IMG/VR virus record: IMGVR_UViG_3300044617_001156
Strand: one strand, 5' to 3'
Source of the DNA: a virus
DNA: 64,000 nucleotides
In this document: piece after piece, positions 47,301 through 55,824 of the stretch
Numbering within the stretch: position 1 is the stretch's first letter
How the letters are laid out: every line of letters begins with the position of its first letter
Notes under the pieces: generated by a model
The model's input: the letters and a program-made list of their open reading frames with translations, nothing else
What the model was told of the DNA's origin: nothing
Database searches by the model: none
Made by a program: the position numbers and the translations under genes

Positions 47301-48424
47301 AATATTCAGACTCTGATACCGGAGATCTGACTACTATAGATTCTTATGCTCAGTATGATTGGTGCGAAGTTCCATTTACAGATGGAATCAATAATGGCGA
47401 CACAATTGATTTACGTCCTAGAGTCGCTAATTACATAGTTTTAGAGAATTCTAGGTCACCATTAGAATTCTTAGGTAGATCTTTTGGTGTTACTGGAAAT
47501 TCTGCACGAAATATTATCGCATCAGATACTTCCATAGTATCTAATTATTCTTATTACGTAGGAAGAATTGATAAAATTTATCTATCCAGAGATAATACCC
47601 TTCAAGTGAGACAGGGAGAACCATCAGATAATCCACTACCACCAGAACCAATTGAAAATGCTCTGGAAATTGCTACTGTGATTATTCCACCTTATCAGTG
47701 TAACGCAGAAAGTGCTTTAGTAATTCTTACTGAGCATAAAAGATATCAGATGAAAGATATTGCAAGACTCGAAAATAGAATTAAGAATCTAGAGTATTAC
47801 ACTACATTATCATTACTGGAAAAAGATACTTCAACTCTAACTATTAAAGATGTGAATGGTATTGATAGATTTAAGAGTGGTTTATTTGTAGATAACTTTA
47901 AGACTACGACATTCCAAATTAAAGAAACGGAAGTTAAGAATAGTATTGACATGAAGAGAGGTGAGTTAAGACCAACACCATATACGACTGAAATTGATCT
48001 TTTATTAGGTGATAATACTCTTCTAAATAATGAAGATACATTTTTTACATCTTATGACGCCAAGTACGCTACTGATTTAATTGGTATCGGAGTGACTCGT
48101 AGTGGTATTAATCCCACTAGCGCCGGCAAAGGTGTGATTACGCTAAATTATAGAGAAGTAGTTGAAATATCACAACCATTTGCAACAAGAATTGAAAATG
48201 TGACCCCTTACTTCGTAACAGTTTATGATGGAATTATGGATTTAAATCCATCATCAGACATCTGGGTTGATAGAACTCAACTAAGTCCATTAACAGTAGA
48301 AGGATTTACTGCACAAATGACTACAACTACATTACAACTTACAAAAGAACAAATAGACACTCAAGGCGGATGGAGTCCAATCGTATGGGATTCTTGGTCT
48401 GACCAGTGGGCTGGTAGTTTCTAA
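44390..48424 (+). CDS. DUF4815/VrlC-like structural protein, N-terminal part
   Basis: NLNVSPYFDDFD..KNFYKVLFKPG.PVQARELT, ARRTYDESGDY, RIKNLEYYTTLSLLE, RFKSGLFVDNF. Confidence 0.85.
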   Translation: MPQETNLNVSPYFDDFDANKNFYKVLFKPGQPVQARELTTLQSILQNQIETFGNHIFKEGSLVIPGGLNYIPNLIGVQIQPTFNGVSVDSYIDNLLNRDIIGEDSGARARVVRILKAGEEGNPFTLLYCTFKSDANSFLSQENLLTESVVSPGFSTLTQINSGQSFCTTIVENPNVLGSALIVNEGVYFIRGYFINVPTQNIILDWNNNFPSYSVGFEIFEEIITADDDSSLYDNARGFSNFAAPGSDRFKITAVLDKRQITVNETNSVTDKNYVEIFRVLEGDLKKLNRNAQYDEIAKEFARRTYDESGDYYVRPFTIEVKESLNDFLGNDGAYFPEEITSQGLTPSEDLGVYKISAGKAYIQGYEVENLGTQLLDFVKPRTTKELRNQYINFANGSSFTLNRVYGAPSLEIDGSYIVSLRDSRVGVSQTTAPGKEIGLARVYDFALESGLYNESVENLNEWDISLYDIQMYNEFTLNEPTTLTIPTHIKGKASGATAFLRYATSNSGIITAYNIEGNFQVGEKLIFDDKETNARVSIAVTEYGVSDVSSLYGIVGTAYTFTGDVKPIVVADFGPVSISTASVGISTVRTSNPDLFFNVALKKNDIVTYNVPGISTFTYSRVVSVSEKSFTIAGITTVAGICEGALPSSAVNLNNIFLLKSPLKESSNNTLFTPLPKENVSTVDLTDSYLFIRREFDVQISANAVTISPTALESTEFFVPFDEEDYVLVRKDGELEPLSSDKFSFTDNNRGLSIFGLGTNSDARLIATIQRVKIKAKQKNKIKISTLTLDKSSNPGSGIGATTLNDGLVYGNYPYGTRVQDSEICLNYPDVSKIYGVFESSNTSDPILPSLSLIDINGANGTVDDLIIGEEIYGSNSLAVGRYVGKVNSTTINYVLISDNTFLEDEIITFRESGTSGTINTIEISSNDISDNYTFSQGTKNYIYDYSSLLLNKDKLPPSKKITLVFERGEYSDSDTGDLTTIDSYAQYDWCEVPFTDGINNGDTIDLRPRVANYIVLENSRSPLEFLGRSFGVTGNSARNIIASDTSIVSNYSYYVGRIDKIYLSRDNTLQVRQGEPSDNPLPPEPIENALEIATVIIPPYQCNAESALVILTEHKRYQMKDIARLENRIKNLEYYTTLSLLEKDTSTLTIKDVNGIDRFKSGLFVDNFKTTTFQIKETEVKNSIDMKRGELRPTPYTTEIDLLLGDNTLLNNEDTFFTSYDAKYATDLIGIGVTRSGINPTSAGKGVITLNYREVVEISQPFATRIENVTPYFVTVYDGIMDLNPSSDIWVDRTQLSPLTVEGFTAQMTTTTLQLTKEQIDTQGGWSPIVWDSWSDQWAGSF

Positions 48425-48440
48425 TAAGGAGGAATAAAAA

Positions 48441-51400
48441 ATGGCATCACGTTCAAGCGGAAGTGGAAGAGGCGGTAGCGGCGGCGGCGGCGGTAGCGGC
48501 AGCGGAGGAGGCGGCGGCGGCGGCGGAGGCGGCGGCGGTGGTGGAGGAGGTGGAGGCGGCGGCGGCGGAGGCGGCGGCGGCGGCGGAGGAGGAGGCGGCG
48601 GCGGTGGAGGCGGCGGCCGCGGCGGAAGCAGTGGTGGATCCAGCAGTAGCAGCAGTGGCGGTGCCAGCAGAACATCCTCACCAAGTAGATCGGCTGGCGG
48701 TGGAGCATCATCTTCACCTTCATCTTCACCTTCATCCTCAACTTCAGCTTCAAGATCAGCACCATCCTCACCTAGAGGAGTTGCCACTTCTGCACCCGCA
48801 AGAACATCTTCTATAGGTCCTGGAGGCGTTGTAGCAGGCGTTGGATTCAATAATAGTTTAACAACGAACGCTACCAGAGTTAGCACTCTTACGCAAGCAG
48901 TTAATTCAATTGCCGCAGGAGCGCAGTCTTCATTTATTTCACGACCAACGCTAACCTCTTTTTTTGGTCGTCCAATTGCAGGATTTACTGTTGTCAATAA
49001 TGAGAGTGGTGCCGATAGAGTCAAAGCCGTTCGGGCGCCGATTCAGCGACCGGGGGAACCGACAAAAACACCAACAGGTGATCCGGAGAGAGGAGATCCG
49101 CCCAAACCTTGCCCAGATCCAAATACACTAATTTTATTATCTGATGGATCACAAAAAAGAGCTGGAGATCTTCAAGTCGGAGATACACTAAGAACTCAAC
49201 ATGAGGATACTCTAGAGTGGGGAGAACATAATGTTACTTATGTAGAAATTGTAAGTGCGGAAAAATTAATCCTTACTTTTGATAATGTAGAGTTTGTCTG
49301 TTCTACTTCTCACAAGTTCTATGTGGAAGGTAAAGGGTGGACTGAAGTTAACCAAATGGAAATTGGTGACTCTGTACTTGGTTTGGAACAGTCTCATAAG
49401 TTACTCGAAGTAAAGGAAGGAACTTATGGTGATGTAGTTGTTATTCAAGTTGAAGACGCACATACTTATATTTCTGAAGGACTACTATCTCACAACAAAA
49501 CCATTGGTGATTTTCCTAGTGGTGGTGGTGGCGGAGGTGGCGGCGGTGGCGGTGGCACCTTTATTCCAGGAACTCCAACAATATTTGAAGAAACTACTAC
49601 CGGAACAATATCAAGAACTGGATTTGCTACAAGAATTAACACCACATTTAACAATAAGAGTTTAGGTAATAAACTTTTAAGTCTGGATGTTCTTCCTTAC
49701 ATGAGATCCAGAAACATCGAATTTATTGCAAAAAAACTGAAACCAAACACTCTGTTATATCCATTCTTTGATGGTCGAAATGTTTATGAGTACATAGTAC
49801 CTAAAATTCTTGAAATTGAAATGATTTCGGGAACTTTTGTTACCGGAGAAACTGTTGTCGGAGCTTTTCTTCTCGCCAATCCTTCAAACATAAATACAAC
49901 ATCAACTCAATCATCAATTCAGTTCCGTCTTGCTGCTTATAATCACAAGTATGGACCTTTTAATGCACCAATTGATGTATATTCTTCAAGTCCATATAAT
50001 AGGGCAGAACAACTTCAACCATACTCACCATCATCTACAACACTAAATGTAGATACAACAAGTCTTTCTGATTTATCTCTTGGAACTTATGGTGGTAATG
50101 TTTTTGTTGGAATGATTTTGATTGGCAAACAAAGTGGAGCAGTATCTAGAGTTAGAGAAATAAGACTTGTATCAGATAATGTCGGTACAGTTATTGGTTC
50201 TTTCTTTATTCCTAATCCAAATAGAGCAGGAAATGCAAAATTCTCTACTGGAAATAAAACATTCAGATTAACTGATAATCCAACCAATGGTACAATTGGT
50301 GGTACTTTATATACTTATGCAAATGCTAACTTCTTTGCCGATGGATTAATAACTCAGGCACAAGAGACTATCTTATCCATACGTAATATTGAAACTCAAA
50401 TTGCCGTTGTAAGTGAAATTACGACAACTACAAATACAACAGTAACATCTGTACCAGGAACTCCAGTATTTGTTCCTAATTTACCCCCACCACCACCTCC
50501 CGCACCAGCTCCATCCCCAACGCCTATCCCGACCCCAACTCCAGTACCACCAGTACCAATACCAGTACCAAGACCAGTACCAACAACCCCGACTCAACCA
50601 AAGCAAGTAACTGTTCGATCTGTTGGTGGTGATGGTGGCGGCGATGATCCACTCGCACAAACATTTAAAATTGGTTCCGACGAAGACATAATTGGAAGAT
50701 ATGTTACTTCAGTAGATCTTTTCTTCTACACCAAATCATCAGAACTTCCTGTTTATGTTGAACTAAGACCAGTTGAACTTGGAGTTCCTACAAAAAAAAT
50801 CTACCCATTTAGTAAGGTAGAAATATTACCACAAAATATTAATGTTTCAACTGACGGAACAGTAGCAACAAGAGTTACTTTCCCCGCACCAGTATTCCTT
50901 GAAGGTAATAAAGAACATGCATTAGTTCTTCTTGCAAGTACAAGTGATTATAGTGTCTTTATATCAAGACTTGGTGAAATTGATATTACAACAGCAGCAC
51001 TTCCAGAGTCTCAACAGAGGTTAGTTGCAACTCAACCAACTCTTGGATCTCTCTTTAAATCTCAGAATGCTGCTACTTGGTCACCTTCTCAGTATGAAGA
51101 CCTCAAGTTTAATCTTTATTCTGCTGTTTTTGAACCTAGTGGAACTGTAAGTTTCTTTAATCCAGAACTGAATAGAAGTAATGACCAGATTGCCATTCTT
51201 CGTAATAATGCATTAGACATTGAATCCAGAAGAGTTAGAGTTGGTTTAGGAACTACATTATCAGTATCAACCATTTCAGATCTAACTGAAGGAAGTTTTG
51301 TAAGACAAAGAGATACGAATGCAATTGGCGATTTTGCTTATGTAACAGGTATAACTACCGGTTCCTTAACTATTACTAACTCTGGTATTGGATATACTCC

Positions 51401-53126
51401 ATCTATAGGAGTTCAAACTTACTCTAATGTTTCACTTACATCTATTGATGGATATGGTAGAGGAGCAACAGCAAATATTACAGTTACCAATGGGATTATT
51501 ACTGCTGCCGGAATTTCTTCAGGTGGTACCGGATATCAAGTCGGAGAAATACTAACTGCCGATGCGATTGGTATTACTTCAATTGGTAGAAATTTAAGAC
51601 TCTCTGTTGGTCAACTTTTTGCATTCAATGAATTAGTAGTAGATAATGTACAGGGCGAATTCCAAGTTGGAGTTGCAAAGTCTATTCAATACTTTAGTAC
51701 ACTTCCAGGAATTGGATATACTGACCTTAATGGAGGTTCAGTATTTGCAAATGATATTATTGCAGAAAGAGAAGGACTATATGTTAATGTGAAACATAGA
51801 AATCACGGAATGCACGCTTTAACTAACGTGGTTCGTATTTCTAATGCTTTTTCCGATATTGCTCCCATCAAACTGACCAATGATGTTGAAAGAGACTTCA
51901 CAGGTAACCTTGTAGTTACTGGACTTACCACTTCTTTCAATACTTTTGAAAATGTTGGTATTTCTTCCACAAATCCAGGTTATCTTGTAGTCAACTCAGA
52001 AATTATTTCATATACTGGAGTAGATGGAAATTCCATTACTGGTATTACTAGAGGTGTTGATTCAACACTTCAAATCAGACATCCGTCAAATTCTTTTGTT
52101 TATAAGTATGAACTCGCCGGAGTTTCTCTGAGACGAATTAATACCACGCATACACTACAGGATGTAACTGATATTACTAAAGAAAATACTTTAGATTCTT
52201 ATTATATTAAAATTGACCATTCGACTAATGGTGTGGACAGAAGTAGCAATGTAAGTTTCCCTAAACTTTACTTTAACTCCACAAAGTCAACGGGTGGTTC
52301 AATTATTGAAGCAACTCAAAATATTCCATATGATATTGCTCAACCAATCGTTCAAACTTTCACACCACCACAAACAACTATTACTGCCTCATTGAGGACG
52401 ATTAGTGGAACAAGTATTGATGGTTCAGAAGAATCATTCTTAGATAGAGGAACTCAAGTTATTAAGTTAAATCAAAATAACTTCTTCGAAAATCCAAGAA
52501 TTATAGCATCTAGAGTCAATGAAAGACTTTTCCTGAATAACTTAATTCAGGGAAATAAATCACTACAACTCACTTTAAATTTATCAACAACAAATCAATA
52601 CTTATCTCCAGTTATTGACCTTGATAGAGTGGGAATGATTTTAGCATCAAATAGAGTTAATGCACCAGTAACAGCTTATTCTCTAGATGAAAGAATATCT
52701 CTCATAGAAACTGATCCTAATGCATTTGTATATGTTTCCAAACCAATTGGACTTGAAGTTCCTGCAACGTCTATTAGAGTTATTGTTTCTGCGCATTTGA
52801 ACATTTATAATGATCTAAGAGCATTATTTGCTATTATGAAAGATCCAAATGAAACTCCAGTTTATTATCCCTTCCCAGGAAATGGAAATATAAGTGGTGA
52901 TGGTAGAACTATTAACGTTTCATACAATGATGGAAGACCTGATCTTCCACTTAAAGTTACTTCAAAACTTGGATTCTTAAGTGAAGAACTGAATTTCCTT
53001 GACTATGAATTTACTGTGAACAATCTTGAATCGTTTAAATATTTTAGCATAAAACTCATAGGTGCTTCAACCTCTCAAACATATCCACCAAGATTTAGAG
53101 ATTTAAGAATTATTGCTCTTGCATAA
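48441..53126 (+). CDS. DUF4815/VrlC-like structural protein, C-terminal part, with poly-Gly leader and Hint domain
   Basis: TAAGGAGG RBS; PYMRSRNIEF, DPLAQTF, LGSLFKSQN..TW.PSQYEDLKF, PPRFRDLRIIALA. Confidence 0.85.
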   Translation: MASRSSGSGRGGSGGGGGSGSGGGGGGGGGGGGGGGGGGGGGGGGGGGGGGGGGGGGGGRGGSSGGSSSSSSGGASRTSSPSRSAGGGASSSPSSSPSSSTSASRSAPSSPRGVATSAPARTSSIGPGGVVAGVGFNNSLTTNATRVSTLTQAVNSIAAGAQSSFISRPTLTSFFGRPIAGFTVVNNESGADRVKAVRAPIQRPGEPTKTPTGDPERGDPPKPCPDPNTLILLSDGSQKRAGDLQVGDTLRTQHEDTLEWGEHNVTYVEIVSAEKLILTFDNVEFVCSTSHKFYVEGKGWTEVNQMEIGDSVLGLEQSHKLLEVKEGTYGDVVVIQVEDAHTYISEGLLSHNKTIGDFPSGGGGGGGGGGGGTFIPGTPTIFEETTTGTISRTGFATRINTTFNNKSLGNKLLSLDVLPYMRSRNIEFIAKKLKPNTLLYPFFDGRNVYEYIVPKILEIEMISGTFVTGETVVGAFLLANPSNINTTSTQSSIQFRLAAYNHKYGPFNAPIDVYSSSPYNRAEQLQPYSPSSTTLNVDTTSLSDLSLGTYGGNVFVGMILIGKQSGAVSRVREIRLVSDNVGTVIGSFFIPNPNRAGNAKFSTGNKTFRLTDNPTNGTIGGTLYTYANANFFADGLITQAQETILSIRNIETQIAVVSEITTTTNTTVTSVPGTPVFVPNLPPPPPPAPAPSPTPIPTPTPVPPVPIPVPRPVPTTPTQPKQVTVRSVGGDGGGDDPLAQTFKIGSDEDIIGRYVTSVDLFFYTKSSELPVYVELRPVELGVPTKKIYPFSKVEILPQNINVSTDGTVATRVTFPAPVFLEGNKEHALVLLASTSDYSVFISRLGEIDITTAALPESQQRLVATQPTLGSLFKSQNAATWSPSQYEDLKFNLYSAVFEPSGTVSFFNPELNRSNDQIAILRNNALDIESRRVRVGLGTTLSVSTISDLTEGSFVRQRDTNAIGDFAYVTGITTGSLTITNSGIGYTPSIGVQTYSNVSLTSIDGYGRGATANITVTNGIITAAGISSGGTGYQVGEILTADAIGITSIGRNLRLSVGQLFAFNELVVDNVQGEFQVGVAKSIQYFSTLPGIGYTDLNGGSVFANDIIAEREGLYVNVKHRNHGMHALTNVVRISNAFSDIAPIKLTNDVERDFTGNLVVTGLTTSFNTFENVGISSTNPGYLVVNSEIISYTGVDGNSITGITRGVDSTLQIRHPSNSFVYKYELAGVSLRRINTTHTLQDVTDITKENTLDSYYIKIDHSTNGVDRSSNVSFPKLYFNSTKSTGGSIIEATQNIPYDIAQPIVQTFTPPQTTITASLRTISGTSIDGSEESFLDRGTQVIKLNQNNFFENPRIIASRVNERLFLNNLIQGNKSLQLTLNLSTTNQYLSPVIDLDRVGMILASNRVNAPVTAYSLDERISLIETDPNAFVYVSKPIGLEVPATSIRVIVSAHLNIYNDLRALFAIMKDPNETPVYYPFPGNGNISGDGRTINVSYNDGRPDLPLKVTSKLGFLSEELNFLDYEFTVNNLESFKYFSIKLIGASTSQTYPPRFRDLRIIALA
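48504..48617 (+). repeat. (GGN)38 poly-glycine tract
   Basis: 114 nt of in-frame GGC/GGA/GGT codons; extreme local GC. Confidence 0.95.
49110..49496 (+). other. Hint (intein-like) domain, 129 aa
   Basis: Starts CPDPNTLILLSDGSQKRAGDLQVGD, has block B STSHKF, ends VVIQVEDAHTYISEGLLSHN followed by K. Confidence 0.88.
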
Positions 53127-53128
53127 TT

Positions 53129-53353
53129 ATGGAAAAATTACAAGTCAAAGGACATTCAAATCTTTTTAGAGATACTTCCTCCAACGCAATATTAAATACG
53201 GACATGAATGCATATCAAAACTATATGGAGTCTAAAAAAATAAAAGAAAGGGAGGAAAAAAGAATGTCCGATATTGAAGGTGATTTGAATTCACTCAAAT
53301 CGGATATGGATGAAATTAAAACCATGTTAAGGAGTTTGATTAATGGATCCTGA
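53129..53353 (+). CDS. conserved cyanophage hypothetical protein
   Basis: VKGHSNLFRD..SNAILN...LKSDMDEIK.ML. Confidence 0.8.
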   Translation: MEKLQVKGHSNLFRDTSSNAILNTDMNAYQNYMESKKIKEREEKRMSDIEGDLNSLKSDMDEIKTMLRSLINGS

Positions 53354-53513
53354 TAAAGTTACTCTTGAAAGTCTGAATAAACTTTTTGAATATGAAAAAC
53401 TTGCAAGAGATATAGATAGTATAGATGATATTGAAACTCTAAGGAAGATATCAAAGAGTTATATAAAATTATACTTTAGTCAACAAGAAGTAATCTCAAA
53501 TCTGAATTTCTAA
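53343..53513 (+). CDS. 56-aa helical protein (weak NblA-like pattern; not in ORF track)
   Basis: AAGGAG RBS; MDPDKVTLESLNKLFEYEKLARDIDSIDDIETLRKISKSYIKLYFSQQEVISNLNF*; TAATG coupling to gp13. Confidence 0.65.
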   Translation: MDPDKVTLESLNKLFEYEKLARDIDSIDDIETLRKISKSYIKLYFSQQEVISNLNF

Positions 53514-54358
53514 TGGCTCAACCATCTACCAGACAAGAACTCATAGATTATTGCAAAAGAAAACTGGGAGCACCAGTTTTAGAAATTAACGTTGCCGATG
53601 AACAAATTGAAGATCTGGTAGATGATGCCGTTCAGTTTTTTCAGGAGAGACACTTTGATGGAGTATATCCAACTTTCTACAAGTATAAAGTAACTCCCGA
53701 TGATATTGAAAGAGGTAGAGCGGGATATAGTGGCGGTAGTGTTGGTATAGCAACTACTTCAGCAACGGCAAATATTGTTGGTACAGCAACTACATTTACA
53801 TATCAAGAAAATAGTAATTATCTTCAAGTACCACCAAATGTAATTGGTGTGAATAAGATTTTTACTTTTGATGGTGCTAACACCATTACTCATAATATGT
53901 TTAGTGTAAAGTATCAGTTGTTTTTGAACGATGTTTACTACTGGGGAGCAACAGAACTTCTCAGTTATGCGATGGTTAAGACATATCTAGAAGACTTAGA
54001 TTTCTTACTTAATACACAAAAGCAGATAAGATTCAATAAGAGACAGGATAGGTTATACTTAGATATAGACTGGGGTTCAGTAAGTAAAGATCAATTTTTT
54101 GTTATTGATTGTTATTCAACTTTGGACCCTAATGATTACTCAAGAGTTTGGAATGATTCTTTCCTCAAACCGTACTTGACTTCCTTAATCAAGAGGCAAT
54201 GGGGTCAGAATATGATGAAATTTACTGGTGTTAAACTTCCAGGTGGTGTTGAACTAAATGGCAGACAAATGTATGATGACGCTCAAAGAGAAATTGATAT
54301 TCTAATGGAGAAAATGTCTAGCACTTATGAACTTCCCCCATTAGACATGATTGGATAA
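53513..54358 (+). CDS. gp13: neck protein gp13
   Basis: RQELIDYCKRKLGAPVLEINV, KRQWGQN..KF.GVKLPGGVELNG. Confidence 0.95.
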   Translation: MAQPSTRQELIDYCKRKLGAPVLEINVADEQIEDLVDDAVQFFQERHFDGVYPTFYKYKVTPDDIERGRAGYSGGSVGIATTSATANIVGTATTFTYQENSNYLQVPPNVIGVNKIFTFDGANTITHNMFSVKYQLFLNDVYYWGATELLSYAMVKTYLEDLDFLLNTQKQIRFNKRQDRLYLDIDWGSVSKDQFFVIDCYSTLDPNDYSRVWNDSFLKPYLTSLIKRQWGQNMMKFTGVKLPGGVELNGRQMYDDAQREIDILMEKMSSTYELPPLDMIG

Positions 54359-54363
54359 AATAT

Positions 54364-55791
54364 ATGCTAAATCCATTTTTTCTCCAAGGGTCTAAATCTG
54401 AGCAGGGTCTTATTCAAGACTTGATTAATGAGCAACTCAGAATGTATGGAGTTGAAGTTCATTATTTACCTCGCCAATATGTCACTGAAAAGACCATTAT
54501 AAAAGAAGTTATTGAATCAGAATTCAAAGGTGCTTTTCCAATAGAAGCATATGTGGATACTTATGAAGGTTACGGTGGGCAGGGAACTTTATTATCAAAG
54601 TTTGGTGTTCAAGAGTTGGATGATTTAACCATTATTATATCCAAAGAAAGATGGGAAAATTATATTCAACCACTTATTGAAAATTATCCTGACGTTAAAC
54701 TTTCCAAGAGACCTAAAGAGGGTGATTTAATTTACTTTCCGTTAGGAGACCGTTTGTTTGAAATAAAGTATGTCGAACATGAAAAACCATTTTATCAACT
54801 CCAAGGACTATACACATATGAACTGAGATGTGAACTCTTTCGTTATGAGGATGAAGTTATTGATACTGGTGTTGACTATATTGACGATAACGTTGCTCAA
54901 GACGCAAATATTCAAACCTTACAACTAATCGGCATTGGAACAACTGCTACTGCTATTACTGGTGTTGTAAATGGTGGTGTTCGTTATGTTACAATCACAA
55001 ATAGAGGAAATAATTATACCTCAGCACCAAACGTAGCATTCTCCACAGCACCATCTGGAGGAGTTACTGCAGTTGGTATTGCTACGTTATTAAGTGGTAT
55101 CGTAGATATCTGTGGCCCTGACGAAACAAAATATAGAGTTCAGGGTGTTGAACTTACAAATCCAGGATCTGGATACACTGTAGCACCAAAGGTAGCATTT
55201 ATTGGTGGCGGTGGATCTGGTGCGACTGGAATAACTTCAATAGGAAATGGACTTGTAGGAATAGTCACACTTACAAATGGCGGTGGAGGATACACAAGTT
55301 CACCTACAGTGACTTTCGTAGGCATATCATCAGAAACTGCAGTTGGATATGCAGAAATTAATTCTTCAGGTGAAGTAACGCAGATAAGAATAAGAAATGC
55401 TGGTCTTGGATATACTGTAGCGCCAACGATTACAATTGCATCTCCAAATATCTACGTTGGTTTTGGAACTTATACATATAACGAAGTAGTGGTTGGAAGT
55501 GCATCTAGCACTAAAGCAAGAGTTAAGAGTTGGAATGCTATTACCAAAATTCTTGAAGTATCTAATATAACAGGAGCATTTAACGCCGGAGAGACAATCA
55601 TTGGACAGAGTTCAGGCGCTCAATACTCATTAAGAAAACCATACACAGATAATTTAGGATCTACTAAGAATTTAGATGAAGCTTATTCTGGAGGAGATAC
55701 TAAGGATAGGTTTGCCGATAATCTGCAAATAGAGACCGAAGGTGATTTAATTGTAGACTTTAGTGAGGAAAATCCTTTTGGAATTCCTTAA
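54364..55791 (+). CDS. gp14: neck protein gp14 (with repeat insertion)
   Basis: EQGLIQDLINEQLRMYG, PKEGDLIYFP, FEIKYVEHEKPFYQL, DFSEENPFG. Confidence 0.93.
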   Translation: MLNPFFLQGSKSEQGLIQDLINEQLRMYGVEVHYLPRQYVTEKTIIKEVIESEFKGAFPIEAYVDTYEGYGGQGTLLSKFGVQELDDLTIIISKERWENYIQPLIENYPDVKLSKRPKEGDLIYFPLGDRLFEIKYVEHEKPFYQLQGLYTYELRCELFRYEDEVIDTGVDYIDDNVAQDANIQTLQLIGIGTTATAITGVVNGGVRYVTITNRGNNYTSAPNVAFSTAPSGGVTAVGIATLLSGIVDICGPDETKYRVQGVELTNPGSGYTVAPKVAFIGGGGSGATGITSIGNGLVGIVTLTNGGGGYTSSPTVTFVGISSETAVGYAEINSSGEVTQIRIRNAGLGYTVAPTITIASPNIYVGFGTYTYNEVVVGSASSTKARVKSWNAITKILEVSNITGAFNAGETIIGQSSGAQYSLRKPYTDNLGSTKNLDEAYSGGDTKDRFADNLQIETEGDLIVDFSEENPFGIP

Positions 55792-55824
55792 ATAGTTAAA
55801 TAATACTAATAAGAAACTATAGAT

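Noticed and set aside
48410-48445. Frameshift or readthrough fusing the two DUF4815-like ORFs
   Set aside because: Tandem TAA-TAA in the upstream frame, a TAA at 48435 in the downstream frame, and a dedicated strong SD.
48332-49024. Poly-Pro, poly-Arg and poly-Ala ORFs in alternative frames (48332..49024 -, 48421..48771 -, 48463..48816 +)
   Set aside because: Shadow frames of the stop-free (GGN)n tract.
49110-49499. Canonical mobile intein
   Set aside because: No homing-endonuclease insert, Lys rather than C/S/T at +1, and it lies in a low-complexity linker rather than a conserved active site.
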